This document shows, in pieces, positions 13,781 to 29,450 of a stretch of 64,000 nt of DNA. Numbering within the stretch: the first letter of the stretch is position 1; the number at the start of each line of letters is the position of its first letter. A program made the position numbers and the translations under genes. The notes beneath the pieces were generated by a model, which saw only the letters and a program-made list of their open reading frames with translations, was not told the DNA's origin and did no database searches. The stretch spans positions 129,766,001-129,830,000 of the forward strand of contig OZ024743.1 of the NCBI GenBank assembly GCA_964016885.1, in the 5' to 3' direction. This DNA comes from Eledone cirrhosa (lineage: Eukaryota).

Positions 13781-16700
13781 GCAAACACCAAACACCAAAC
13801 GCCAAGCACCAAACACCAAGCACCAATCACAAAACAACAAGCACCAGGCACCAAGCACTAAACACCAAAAACCAAGCACCAAGCACCAAACACCAAGCAC
13901 CAAAGACCAAACACCAAACAGCAAACACCAAACACGAAACAGCAAACACCATACAGCAAACACCAAACACCAAAAAGTAGACACCAAACAGCAAAAACCA
14001 AACACCAAACACCAAGCACCAAGCACCAAACACCAAGCACCAAAGACTAAACACCAAACAGCAAAGACCAAACACGAAACAGCAAACACCATACAGCAAA
14101 CACCAAACACCAAACAACAAACAGCAAACAGCAAACACCAAACACCAAGCACCAAACACCAAGTACCAAACACCAAACACCAAGCACCAAGCACCAAACA
14201 CCAAGCACCAAGCACCAAACTCTAATCACCAAGCACCAAGCACCAAGCACCAAATACCAAGCACCAAGCACCAAGAACCAAACAGCAAACACCAAACACC
14301 AAGCACCAAACACCAAGTACCAAACACCAAACACCAAGCACCAAGCACCAAACACCAAACTCCAAGCACCAAGCACCAAACACTAATCACCAAGCACCAA
14401 GCACCAAGCACCAAATACCAAGCACCAAGCACCAAGAACCAAACACCAAACACCAAGCATGCAGCACCAAACACCAACCACCAAGCACCAAGCACCAAAG
14501 ACCAAGCACCAAGCACCAAGCACCAAAGACCAAGCACCAAGCACCAAACACCAAACACCAAACACCAAGCACCAAGCACCAAACACCAAACACCAAGCAC
14601 CAAACACCAAACACCAAGCACCAAACACCAAGCACCAAGCACCAAACGCCAACCACCCAGCACCAAGCACCAAGCACCAAACACCAAGCAGCAAACAACA
14701 AAAAGCAAACACCAAACACCAAACAGCAAACACCAAACACCAAGCACCAAGCATCAAACACCAAGCACCAAGCCCCAAACACCAAGCACCAAGCACCAAG
14801 CACCAAACACCAAGCCCCAAGCACCAAGCACCAAGCACCAAACACCAAGCACCAAGCACCAAACACCAAGCACCAAGCACCAAACGCCAACCACCCAGCA
14901 CCAAGCACCAAGCACCAAACACCAAACACCAAACACCAAAAACCAAACACCAAGCACCAGGCACCAAGCACCAAGCACCAAACACCAAGCCCCAAGCACC
15001 AAGCACCAAGCACCAAACACCAAGCACCAAACACCAAGCACCAATCACCAAACGCCAACCACCCAGCACCAAGCACCAAGCACCAAACACCAAACACCAA
15101 ACACCAAGCACCAAGCACCAAGCACCAAACACCAAGCCCCAAGTACCAAGCACCAAACACCAAGCACCAAACACCAAGCACCAAGCACCAAGCACCTAGC
15201 ACCAAACACCAAACACCAAGCACCAAGCACCAAACAACAAGCACCAATCACCAAGCACCAAACCCCAAGCAGCAAGCAGCAAGCACCAAACACCAAACAC
15301 CAAGCACCAAGCACCAAACACCAAGCACCAAGCACCAAACACCTAACACCTTACACCAAGCACCAAGCACCAAACACCAAGCACCAAGCACCAAACACCA
15401 AGCACCAAGCACCAAGCACCAAACACCAAACACCAAACACCAAGCACCAAGCACCAAACACCAAGCACCAAACACCAAGCACCAAGCACACAGCACCAAA
15501 CACCAAGAACCAAGCACCAAGCACCAAACACCAAGTACAAACACCATGCACCAAGCACCAAACACCAAACACCAAGCACCAAGCACCAAGCATCAAACAC
15601 CAAGCATCAAAAACCAAACACCAAACACCAAGCACCAAACACCAAGCACCCTGCACCAAACACCAAGCACCAATCACCAAGCACCAAACACGAAGCACCA
15701 AGCTCCAAGCACCAAACACCAAGCACCAAACACCAAACACCAAGCACCATGCACCAAGCACCAAACACCAAACACCAAGCACCAAGCACCAAACACCAAA
15801 CACCAAGCACTAAACACCAAGCACCAAGCACCAAACAACAAGCACCAGGCACCAAACACCAAGCATCAAGCACCAAACGCCAAGCACCAAACACCAAGCA
15901 CCAAGCACCAAGCACCAAACACCAAACGGCAAACACCAAACACCAAACGCCAAGCACCAAACACCAAGCACCAATCACAAAACAACAAGCACCAGGCACC
16001 AAGCACTAAACACCAAAAACCAAGCACCAAGCACCAAACACCAAGCACCAAAGACCAAACACCAAACAGCAAACACCAAACACGAAACAGCAAACACCAT
16101 ACAGCAAACACCAAACACCAAAAAGTAGACACCAAACAGCAAAAACCAAACACCAAACACCAAGCACCAAGCACCAAACACCAAGCACCAAAGACTAAAC
16201 ACCAAACAGCAAAGACCAAACACGAAACAGCAAACACCATACAGCAAACACCAAACACCAAACAACAAACAGCAAACAGCAAACACCAAACACCAAGCAC
16301 CAAACACCAAGTACCAAACACCAAACACCAAGCACCAAGCACCAAACACCAAGCACCAAGCACCAAACTCTAATCACCAAGCACCAAGCACCAAGCACCA
16401 AATACCAAGCACCAAGCACCAAGAACCAAACAGCAAACACCAAACACCAAGCACCAAACACCAAGTACCAAACACCAAACACCAAGCACCAAGCACCAAA
16501 CACCAAACTCCAAGCACCAAGCACCAAACACTAATCACCAAGCACCAAGCACCAAGCACCAAATACCAAGCACCAAGCACCAAGAACCAAACACCAAACA
16601 CCAAGCATGCAGCACCAAACACCAACCACCAAGCACCAAGCACCAAAGACCAAGCACCAAGCACCAAGCACCAAAGACCAAGCACCAAGCACCAAACACC

Positions 16701-17080
16701 AAACACCAAACACCAAGCACCAAGCACCAAACACCAAACACCAAGCACCAAACACCAAACACCAAGCACCAAACACCAAGCACCAAGCACCAAACGCCAA
16801 CCACCCAGCACCAAGCACCAAGCACCAAACACCAAGCAGCAAACACCAAACAGCAAACACCAAACACCAAACAGCAAACACCAAACACCAAGCACCAAGC
16901 ATCAAACACCAAGCACCAAGCCCCAAACACCAAGCACCAAGCACCAAGCACCAAACACCAAGCCCCAAGCACCAAGCACCAAGCACCAAACACCAAGCAC
17001 CAAGCACCAAACACCAAGCACCAAGCACCAAACGCCAACCACCCAGCACCAAGCACCAAGCACCAAACACCAAACACCAA
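12780..17080 (+). repeat. Tandem 2148-bp duplication, near identical
   Basis: Constant offset 2148: 12897/15045, 13100/15248, 13459/15607, 13827/15975, 14226/16374, 14459/16607, 14754/16902. Confidence 0.92.
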
Positions 17081-17339
17081 ACACCAAACACCAAGCACCA
17101 AGCACCAAACACCAAGCCCCAAGTACCAAGCACCAAACACCGAGCACCAAACACCAAGCACCAAGCACCTAGCACCAAACACCAAACACCAAGCACCAAG
17201 CACCAAGCACCAATCACCAAGCACCAAACACCAAGCACCAAGCACCAAACACCAAGCTCCAAATACCAAACACCAAACACCAAGCACCAAGCACCAAACA
17301 CCAAGCACCAAGCACCAAACACCAAGCACCAAACACCAA

Positions 17340-20300
17340 ACACCAAGCACCAAGCACCAAACACCAAGCAGCAGGCACCAAGCACCAAACACCAAGCACC
17401 AAGCACCAAACACCAAGCACCAAGCACGAAGCACCAAACACCAAGCACCATCACCTAACACCAAGCACCAAGCACCAAGCACCAAACACCAAGCACCAAA
17501 AACCAAACACCAAGCACCAAGCACCAAGCATCAAACACCAAGCATCAAAAACCAAACACCAAACACCAAGCACCAAACACCAAGCACCAAGCACCAAGCA
17601 CCAAACACGAAGCACCAAGCTCCAAGCACCAAACACCAAGCTCCAAACACCAAACACCAAGAACAATGCACCAAACACCAAGCACTAAACACCAAACACC
17701 AAACACCAAACACCAAGCAACAAGTACCAAACAACAAGCACCAGGCACCAAACACCAAGCACCAAGCACCAAACGCCAAGCACCAAACACCAAGCACCAA
17801 GCACCAAGCACCAAACACCAAACGGCAAACACCAAACACCAAACAGCAAACAGCAAACACCAAAAACCAAGCACCAATCACCAAACAACAAGCACCAGGC
17901 ACCAAGCACTAAACACCAAACAGCAAGCACCAAGCACCAAACACCAAACACCAAGCACCAAGCACCAAACACCAAGCACCAAAGACCAAACACCAAACAG
18001 CAAAGACCAAACACGAAACAGCAAACACCATACAGCAAACACCAAACACCAAACACCAAACATCAAACAGCAAACACCAAACACCAAGCACCAAACACCA
18101 AGTACCAAGCACCAAACACCAAGCACCAAGCACCAAACACCAAACCCCAAGCACCAAGCACCAAACACTAATCACCAAGCACCAAGCACCAAGCACCAAA
18201 TACCAAGCACCAAGCACCAAACACAAAACACCAAGCATGCAGCACCAAACACCAAGCACCAAGCACCAAGCACCAAACACCAAGCACCAAGCACCAAACA
18301 CCAAACACCAAACACCAAGCACCAATCACCAAGCACCAAACACCAAACACCAAGCACCAGACACCAAGCACCAAACACCAAACACCAAACACCAAGCACC
18401 AAGCACCAATCACCAAACAACAAGCACCAAGCACCAAGCACCAAACACCAAGCACCAAAGACCAAAGACCAAACAGGAAACACCAAACACCAAACACCAA
18501 ACACGAAACAGCAAACACCAAACAGCAAACACCAAACAGCAAACACCAAGCACCAAACACCAAGCACCAAGCACCGACACCAAACCCCAAGCACCAAGCA
18601 CCAAACACTAATCACCAAGCACCAAGCACCAAACACCAAGCACCAACCACCAAACACCAAACACCAAGCATCAATGACCAAGCACCAAGCACCAAACACC
18701 AAGCACCAAGCACCAAACACCAAGCACCAAGCACTAAACGCCAACCACCCAGCACCAAGCACCAAGCACCAAACACCAAGCACCAAAAACCAAACACCAA
18801 GCACCAGGCACCAAGCACCAAGCACCAAACACCAAGCCCCAAGCACCAAGCACCAAGCACCAAACACCAAACACCAAGCACCAAACACCAAACACCAAGC
18901 ACCAAGCACCAAACACCAAGCAGCAGGCACCAAGCACCAAACACCAAGCACCAAGCACCAAACACCAAGCACCAAGCACGAAGCACCAAACACCAAGCAC
19001 CATCACCTAACACCAAGCACCAAGCACCAAGCACCAAACACCAAGCACCAAAAACCAAACACCAAGCACCAAGCACCAAGCATCAAACACCAAGCATCAA
19101 AAACCAAACACCAAACACCAAGCACCAAACACCAAGCACCAAGCACCAAGCACCAAACACGAAGCACCAAGCTCCAAGCACCAAACACCAAGCTCCAAAC
19201 ACCAAACACCAAGAACAATGCACCAAACACCAAGCACTAAACACCAAACACCAAACACCAAACACCAAGCAACAAGTACCAAACAACAAGCACCAGGCAC
19301 CAAACACCAAGCACCAAGCACCAAACGCCAAGCACCAAACACCAAGCACCAAGCACCAAGCACCAAACACCAAACGGCAAACACCAAACACCAAACAGCA
19401 AACAGCAAACACCAAAAACCAAGCACCAATCACCAAACAACAAGCACCAGGCACCAAGCACTAAACACCAAACAGCAAGCACCAAGCACCAAACACCAAA
19501 CACCAAGCACCAAGCACCAAACACCAAGCACCAAAGACCAAACACCAAACAGCAAAGACCAAACACGAAACAGCAAACACCATACAGCAAACACCAAACA
19601 CCAAACACCAAACATCAAACAGCAAACACCAAACACCAAGCACCAAACACCAAGTACCAAGCACCAAACACCAAGCACCAAGCACCAAACACCAAACCCC
19701 AAGCACCATGCACCAAACACTAATCACCAAGCACCAAGCACCAAGCACCAAATACCAAGCACCAAGCACCAAACACAAAACACCAAGCATGCAGCACCAA
19801 ACACCAAGCACCAAGCACCAAGCACCAAACACCAAGCACCAAGCACCAAACACCAAACACCAAACACCAAGCACCAATCACCAAGCACCAAACACCAAAC
19901 ACCAAGCACCAGACACCAAGCACCAAACACCAAACACCAAACACCAAGCACCAAGCACCAATCACCAAACAACAAGCACCAAGCACCAAGCACCAAACAC
20001 CAAGCACCAAAGACCAAAGACCAAACAGGAAACACCAAACACCAAACACCAAACACGAAACAGCAAACACCAAACAGCAAACACCAAACAGCAAACACCA
20101 AGCACCAAACACCAAGCACCAAGCACCGACACCAAACCCCAAGCACCAAGCACCAAACACTAATCACCAAGCACCAAGCACCAAACACCAAGCACCAACC
20201 ACCAAACACCAAACACCAAGCATCAATGACCAAGCACCAAGCACCAAACACCAAGCACCAAGCACCAAACACCAAGCACCAAGCACTAAACGCCAACCAC

Positions 20301-20440
20301 CCAGCACCAAGCACCAAGCACCAAACACCAAGCACCAAAAACCAAACACCAAGCACCAGGCACCAAGCACCAAGCACCAAACACCAAGCCCCAAGCACCA
20401 AGCACCAAGCACCAAACACCAAGCACCAAGCACCAAACAC
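17340..20440 (+). repeat. Tandem 1552-bp duplication, near identical
   Basis: Constant offset 1552: 17451/19003, 17531/19083, 17878/19430, 18168/19720, 18612/20164, 18734/20286. Private motif CATCAATGACC is in both copies. Confidence 0.92.
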
Positions 20441-22599
20441 CAAGCACCAAGCACCAAACGCCAACCACCCAGCTCCAAGCACCAAACACCAAACACCAAA
20501 CACCAAACACCAAGCACCAAGCACCAAGCACCAAACACCAAGGCCCAAGTACCAAGCACCAAACACCAAGCACCAAACTCCAAGCACCAAGCACCTAGCA
20601 CCAATCACCAAGCACCAAACCCCAAGCAGCAAGCAGCAAGCACCCTGCACCAAACACCAAGCACCCAGCACCAAACAGCAAGCACCAAACACCTAACACC
20701 TTACACCAAGCACCAAGCACCAAGCACCAAACACCAAGCACCAAACACCAAGCACCAGGCACCAAGCACTAAACACCAAACAGCAAGCACCAAGCACCAA
20801 ACACCAAACACCAAGCACCAAGCACCAAACATCAAGCACCAAAGACCAAACACCAAACAGCAAAGACCAAACACGAAACAGCAAACACCATACAGCAAAC
20901 ACCAAACACCAAACACCAAACATCAAACAGCAAACACCAAACACCAAGCACCAAACACCAAGTACCAAGCACCAAACACCAAGCACCAAGCACCAAACAC
21001 CAAACCCCAAGCACCAAGCACCAAACACTAATCACCAAGCACCAAGCACCAAGCACCAAATACCAAGCACCAAGCACCAAACACAAAACACCAAGCATGC
21101 AGCACCAAACACCAAGCACCAAGCACCAAGCACCAAACACCAAGCACCAAGCACCAAACACTAAACACCAAGCACCAAGCACCAAACAACAAGCACCAGG
21201 CACCAAACACCAAGCACCATGCACCAAACACCAAACGGCAAACACCAAACACCAAACACCAAACAGCAAACACCAAACACCAAGCACCAATCACCAAACA
21301 ACAAGCACCAGGCACCAAGCACTAAACACCAAACACCAAGCACCAAGCACCAAACACCAAACACAAAGCACCAAGCACCAAACACCTAGCACCAAAGACC
21401 AAACACCAAACAGCAAACACCAAACACGAAACAGCAAACACCATACAGCAAACACCAAACACCATACAGCAAACACCAAACACCAAAAAGCAAACACCAA
21501 ACACCAAACAGCAAACAGCAAACACCAAACACCAAGCACCAAACACCAATTACCAAGCACCAAACACCAAGCACCAAGCACCAAACACCAAATCCCAAGC
21601 ACCAAGCACCAAACACTAATCACCAAGCACCAAGCACCAAACACCAAGCACCAAGCACCAAGCACCAAACACCAAACACCAAGCACCAAAGACCAAGCAC
21701 CAAGCACCAAGCACCAAACACCAAGCCCCAAGCACCAAGCACCTTACACCAAACACCAAGCACCCTGCACCAAGCACCAAGCACCTAGCACCAAAAACCA
21801 AACACCAAGCACCAAACACCAAACACCAAACACCAAACACCAAGCACCAAGCACCAATCACCAAACAACAAGCACCAGGCACCAAGCACCAAACACCAAA
21901 CACCAAGCACCAAGCACCAATCACCAAACAACAAGCACCAAGCACCAAACAACAAACACCAAGCACCAAGCATCAAACACCAAACACCAAGCACCAAGCA
22001 CCAAACAACAAGCACCAAAGACCAAAGACCAAACAGGAAACACCAAACACCAAACACCAAACACCAAACAGCAAACACCAAACACGAAACAGCAAACACC
22101 ATACAGCAAACACCAAAAACCAAAAAGCAGACAGCAAATAGCAAACAGCAAACACCAAACAGCAAACACCAAACACCAAGCACCAAACACCAAGCACCAA
22201 GCACCAAACACCAAGCACCTAGCACCAAACACCAAACCCCAAGCACCAAGCACCAAACACTAATCACCAAGCACCAAGCAGCAAACACCAAGCACCAACC
22301 ACCAAACACCAAACACCAAGCACCAAATACCAAGCACCAAGCACCAAACACCAAACACCAAGCACCAAGCACCAAACACCAAGCACCAAGCACCAAACGC
22401 CAACAACCCAGCACCAAGCACCAAGCACCAAACGCAAAACACCAAGCACCAGGCACCAAGCACCAAGCACCAAACACCAAACACCAAACACCAAGCACCA
22501 AGCACCAACCACCAAACACCAAGTACCAACACCAAACGCCAAGCACCAAACACCAAGCACCAAGCACCAAGCACCAAGCACCAAGCACCAAACACCAAA

Positions 22600-25500
22600 C
22601 ACCAAACACCAAATAGCAAAGACCAAACACGAAACAGCAAACACCATACAGCAAACACCAAACACCAAACAGCAAACAGCAAACACCAAACACCAAGCAC
22701 CAAACACCAAGTACCAAGCACCAAACACCAAGCACCAAGCACCAAACACCAAACCCCAAGCACCAAGCACCAAACACTAATCACCAAGCACCAAGCACCA
22801 AGCACCAAATACCAAGCACCAAGCACCAAGCACCAAACACCAAACACCAAGCATGCAGCACCAAACACCAAGCACCAAGCACCAAGCACCAAACACCAAG
22901 CACCAAGCACCAAACACCAAACACCGAACACCAAGCACCAAGCACCAAGCACCAAACACCAAACACCAAACACCAAGCACCAGACACCAAGCACCAAACA
23001 CCAAACACCAAACACCAAGCGCCAAGCACCAATCACCAAACAACAAGCACCAAGCACCAAGCACCAAGCACCAAGCATCAAACACCAAGCACCAAAGACC
23101 AAAGACCAAACAGGAAACACCAAACACCAAACACCAAACACCAAACAGCAAACACCATACAGCAAACACCAAACACCAAAAAGCAGACAGCAAACAGCAA
23201 ACACCAAACACCAAACACCAAACAGCAAACACCAAGCACCAAACACCAAGCACCAAGCACTGAACACCAAACCCCAAGCACCAAGCACCAAACACTAATC
23301 ACCAAGCACCAAGCACCAAACACCAAGCACCAACCACCAAACACCAAGCACCAAGCACTAAACGCCAACCACCCAGCACCATGCACCAAGGACCAAACAC
23401 CAAGCACCAAAAACCAAACACCAAGCACCAGGCACCAAGCACCAAGCACCAAACACCAAGCCCCAAGCACCAAGCACCAAGCACCAAACACCAAGCACCA
23501 AACACCAAGCACCAATCACCAAACGCCAACCACCCAGCACCAAGCACCAAGCACCAAACACCAAACACCAAACACCAAGCACCAAGCACCAAGCACCAAA
23601 CACCAAGCCCCAAGTACCAAGCACCAAACACCAAGCACCAAACACCAAGCACCAAGCACCAAGCACCTAGCACCAAACACCAAACACCAAGCACCAAGCA
23701 CCAAACAACAAGCACCAATCACCAAGCACCAAACCCCAAGCAGCAAGCAGCAAGCACCAAACACCAAACACCAAGCACCAAGCACCAAACACCAAGCACC
23801 AAGCACCAAACACCTAACACCTTACACCAAGCACCAAGCACCAAACACCAAGCACCAAGCACCAAACACGGAGCACCAAGCACCAAGCACCAAACACCAA
23901 ACACCAAACACCAAGCACCAAGCACCAAACACCATGCACCAAACACCAAACACCAAGCACCAAGCACCAAGCATCAAACACCAAGCATCAAAAACCAAAC
24001 ACCAAACACCAAGCACCAAACACCAAGCACCCTGCACCAAACACCAAGCACCAATCACCAAGCACCAAACACGAAGCACCAAGCTCCAAGCACCAAACAC
24101 CAAGCACCAAACACCAAACACCAAGCACCATGCACCAAGCACCAAACACCAAACACCAAGCACCAAGCACCAAACACCAAACACCAAGCACTAAACACCA
24201 AGCACCAAGCACCAAACAACAAGCACCAGGCACCAAACACCAAGCACCAAGCACCAAACGCCAAGCACCAAACACCAAGCACCAAGCACCAAGCACCAAA
24301 CACCAAACGGCAAACACCAAACACCAAACGCCAAGCACCAAACACCAAGCACCAATCACAAAACAACAAGCACCAGGCACCAAGCACTAAACACCAAAAA
24401 CCAAGCACCAAGCACCAAACACCAAGCACCAAAGACCAAACACCAAACAGCAAACACCAAACACGAAACAGCAAACACCATACAGCAAACACCAAACACC
24501 AAAAAGTAGACACCAAACAGCAAAAACCAAACACCAAACACCAAGCACCAAGCACCAAACACCAAGCACCAAAGACTAAACACCAAACAGCAAAGACCAA
24601 ACACGAAACAGCAAACACCATACAGCAAACACCAAACACCAAACAACAAACAGCAAACAGCAAACACCAAACACCAAGCACCAAACACCAAGTACCAAAC
24701 ACCAAACACCAAGCACTAAGCACCAAACACCAAGCACCAAGCACCAAACTCTAATCACCAAGCACCAAGCACCAAGCACCAAATACCAAGCACCAAGCAC
24801 CAAGAACCAAACAGCAAACACCAAACACCAAGCACCAAACACCAAGTACCAAACACCAAACACCAAGCACCAAGCACCAAACACCAAACTCCAAGCACCA
24901 AGCACCAAACACTAATCACCAAGCACCAAGCACCAAGCACCAAATACCAAGCACCAAGCACCAAGAACCAAACACCAAACACCAAGCATGCAGCACCAAA
25001 CACCAACCACCAAGCACCAAGCACCAAAGACCAAGCACCAAGCAGCAAGCACCAAAGACCAAGCACCAAGCACCAAACACCAAACACCAAACACCAAGCA
25101 CCAAGCACCAAACACCAAACACCAAGCACCAAACACCAAACACCAAGCACCAAACACCAAGCACCAAGCACCAAACGCCAACCACCCAGCACCAAGCACC
25201 AAGCACCAAACACCAAGCAGCAAACACCAAACAGCAAACACCAAACACCAAACACCAAACAGCAAACACCAAACACCAAGCACCAAGCATCAAACACCAA
25301 GCACCAAGCCCCAAACACCAAGCACCAAGCACCAAGCACCAAACACCAAGCCCCAAGCACCAAGCACCAAGCACCAAACACCAAGCACCAAGCACCAAAC
25401 ACCAAGCACCAAGCACCAAACGCCAACCACCCAGCACCAAGCACCAAGCACCAAACACCAAACACCAAACACCAAACACCAAGCACCAAGCACCAAACAC

Positions 25501-28500
25501 CAAGCCCCAAGTACCAAGCACCAAACACCGAGCACCAAACACCAAGCACCAAGCACCTAGCACCAAACACCAAACACCAAGCACCAAGCACCAAGCACCA
25601 ATCACCAAGCACCAAACACCAAGCACCAAGCACCAAACACCAAGCACCAAATACCAAACACCAAACACCAAGCACCAAGCACCAAACACCAAGCACCAAG
25701 CACCAAACACCAAGCACCAAACACCAAACACCAAGCACCAAGCACCAAACACCAAGCAGCAGGCACCAAGCACCAAACACCAAGCACGAAGCACCAAACA
25801 CCAAGCACCAAGCACGAAGCACCAAACACCAAGCACCATCACCTAACACCAAGCACCAAGCACCAAGCACCAAACACCAAGCAGCAAACACCAAACACCA
25901 AGCACCAAACACCAAGCACCAAGCACCAAGCACCAAGCACCAAAAACCAAACACCAAGCACCAAGCACCAAGCATCAAACACCAAGCATCAAAAACCAAA
26001 CACCAAACACCAAGCACCAAACACCAAGCACCAAGCACCAAGCACCAAACACGAAGCACCAAGCTCCAAGCACCAAACACCAAGCTCCAAACACCAAACA
26101 CCAAGAACAATGCACCAAACACCAAGCACTAAACACCAAACACCAAACACCAAACACCAAGCAACAAGTACCAAACAACAAGCACCAGGCACCAAACACC
26201 AAGCACCAAGCACCAAACGCCAAGCACCAAACACCAAGCACCAAGCACCAAGCACCAAACACCAAACGGCAAACACCAAACACCAAACAGCAAACAGCAA
26301 ACACCAAAAACCAAGCACCAATCACCAAACAACAAGCACCAGGCACCAAGCACTAAACACCAAACAGCAAGCACCAAGCACCAAACACCAAGCACCAAAG
26401 ACCAAACACCAAACAGCAAAGACCAAACACGAAACAGCAAACACCATACAGCAAACACCAAACACCAAACACCAAACATCAAACAGCAAACACCAAACAC
26501 CAAGCACCAAACACCAAGTACCAAGCACCAAACACCAAGCACCAAGCACCAAACACCAAACCCCAAGCACCAAGCACCAAACACTAATCACCAAGCACCA
26601 AGCACCAAGCACCAAATACCAAGCACCAAGCACCAAACACAAAACACCAAGCATGCAGCACCAAACACCAAGCACCAAGCACCAAGCACCAAACACCAAG
26701 CACCAAGCACCAAACACCAAACACCAAACACCAAGCACCAATCACCAAGCACCAAACACCAAACACCAAGCACCAGACACCAAGCACCAAACACCAAACA
26801 CCAAACACCAAGCACCAAGCACCAATCACCAAACAACAAGCACCAAGCACCAAGCACCAAACACCAAGCACCAAAGACCAAAGACCAAACAGGAAACACC
26901 AAACACCAAACACCAAACACGAAACAGCAAACACCAAACAGCAAACACCAAACAGCAAACACCAAGCACCAAACACCAAGCACCAAGCACCGACACCAAA
27001 CCCAAAGCACCAAGCACCAAACACTAATCACCAAGCACCAAGCACCAAACACCAAGCACCAACCACCAAACACCAAACACCAAGCATCAATGACCAAGCA
27101 CCAAGCACCAAACACCAAGCACCAAGCACCAAACACCAAGCACCAAGCACTAAACGCCAACCACCCAGCACCAAGCACCAAGCACCAAACACCAAGCACC
27201 AAAAACCAAACACCAAGCACCAGGCACCAAGCACCAAGCACCAAACACTAAGCCCCAAGCACCAAGCACCAAGCACCAAACACCAAGCACCAAGCACCAA
27301 ACACCAAGCACCAAGCACCAAACGCCAACCACCCAGCTCCAAGCACCAAGCACCAAACACCAAACACCAAACACCAAGCACCAAGCACCAAGCACCAAAC
27401 ACCAAGGCCCAAGTACCAAGCACCAAACACCAAGCACCAAACACCAAGCACCAAGCACCTAGCACCAATCACCAAGCACCAAACCCCAAGCAGCAAGCAG
27501 CAAGCACCCTGCACCAAACACCAAGCACCAAGCACCAAACACCAAGCACCAAACACCTAACACCTTACACCAAGCACCAAGCACCAAGCACCAAACACCA
27601 AGCACCAAACACCAAGCACCAGGCACCAAGCACCAAACACCAAGCACCAAGCACCAAACACCAAGCACCAAGCACCAAGCACCAAACACCAAGAACCAAA
27701 CACCAAGCACCAAGCACCAAGCACCAAACACCACGCACCAAGCACCAAGCACCAAGTACAAACACCAAGCACCAAGCACCAAACACCAAACACCAAGCAC
27801 CAAGCACCAAGCATCAAACACCAAGCATCAAAAACCAAACACCAAACACCAAGCACCAAACACCAAGCACCCTGCACCAAACACCAAGCACCAATCACTA
27901 AGCACCAAACACGAAGCACCAAGCTCCAAGCACCAAATACCAAGCACCAAACACCAAACACCAAGCACCATGCACCAAGCACCAAACACCAAACACCAAG
28001 CACCAAGCACCAAACACCAAACACCAAGCACTAAACACCAAGCACCAAGCACCAAACAACAAGCACCAGGCACCAAACACCAAGCACCATGCACCAAACA
28101 CCAAACGGCAAACACCAAACACCAAACACCAAACAGCAAACACCAAACACCAAGCACCAATCACCAAACAACAAGCACCAGGCACCAAGCACTAAACACC
28201 AAACACCAAGCACCAAGCACCAAACACCAAACACCAAGCACCAAGCACCAAACACCTAGCACCAAAGACCAAACACCAAACAGCAAACACCAAACACGAA
28301 ACAGCAAACACCATACAGCAAACACCAAACACCATACAGCAAACACCAAACACCAAAAAGCAAACACCAAACACCAAACAGCAAACAGCAAACACCAAAC
28401 ACCAAGCACCAAACACCAATTACCAAGCACCAAACACCAAGCACCAAGCACCAAACACCAAATCCCAAGCACCAAGCACCAAACACTAATCACCAAGCAC

Positions 28501-29450
28501 CAAGCACCAAACACCAAGCACCAAGCACCAAGCACCAAACACCAAAGACCAAGCACCAAAGACCAAGCACCAAGCACCAAGCACCAAACACCAAGCCCCA
28601 AGCACCAAGCACCTTACACCAAACACCAAGCACCCTGCACCAAGCACCAAGCACCTAGCACCAAAAACCAAACACCAAGCACCAAACACCAAACACCAAA
28701 CACCAAACACCAAGCACCAAGCACCAATCACCAAACAACAAGCACCAGGCACCAAGCACCAAACACCAAACACCAAGCACCAAGCACCAATCACCAAACA
28801 ACAAGCACCAAGCACCAAACAACAAACACCAAGCACCAAGCATCAAACACCAAACACCAAGCACCAAGCACCAAACAACAAGCACCAAAGACCAAAGACC
28901 AAACAGGAAACACCAAACACCAAACACCAAACACCAAACAGCAAACACCAAACACGAAACAGCAAACACCATACAGCAAACACCAAAAACCAAAAAGCAG
29001 ACAGCAAATAGCAAACAGCAAACACCAAGCACCAAACACCAAGCACCAAGCACCAAACACCAAGCACCAAGCACCAAACACCAAACCCCAAGCACCAAGC
29101 ACCAAACACTAATCACCAAGCACCAAGCAGCAAACACCAAGCACCAACCACCAAACACCAAACAACAAGCACCAAAGACCAAGCACCAAGCACCAAACAC
29201 CAAACACCAAGCACCAAGCACCAAACACCAAGCACCAAGCACCAAACGCCAACAACCCAGCACCAAGCACCAAGCACCAAACACAAAACACCAAGCACCA
29301 GGCACCAAGCACCAAGCACCAAACACCAAACACCAAACACCAAGCACCAAGCACCAACCACCAAACACCAAGTACCAACACCAAACGCCAAGCACCAAAC
29401 ACCAAGCACCAAGCACCAAGCACCAAGCACCAAGCACCAAACACCAAACA
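22600..29450 (+). repeat. Composite ~6.8 kb block re-copying segments of the 9.7-22.6 kb region in the same order
   Basis: 22777/9814 and 23299/10322 (12963-12977; equally the 12.2-12.7 kb copy). 23988/15607, 24755/16374, 25602/17214, 25975/17531 (8381-8444). 26584/19720, 27028/20164, 27557/20693 (6864). 28161/21291, 28655/21785 (6870). 29109/22260 (6849). Confidence 0.82.
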
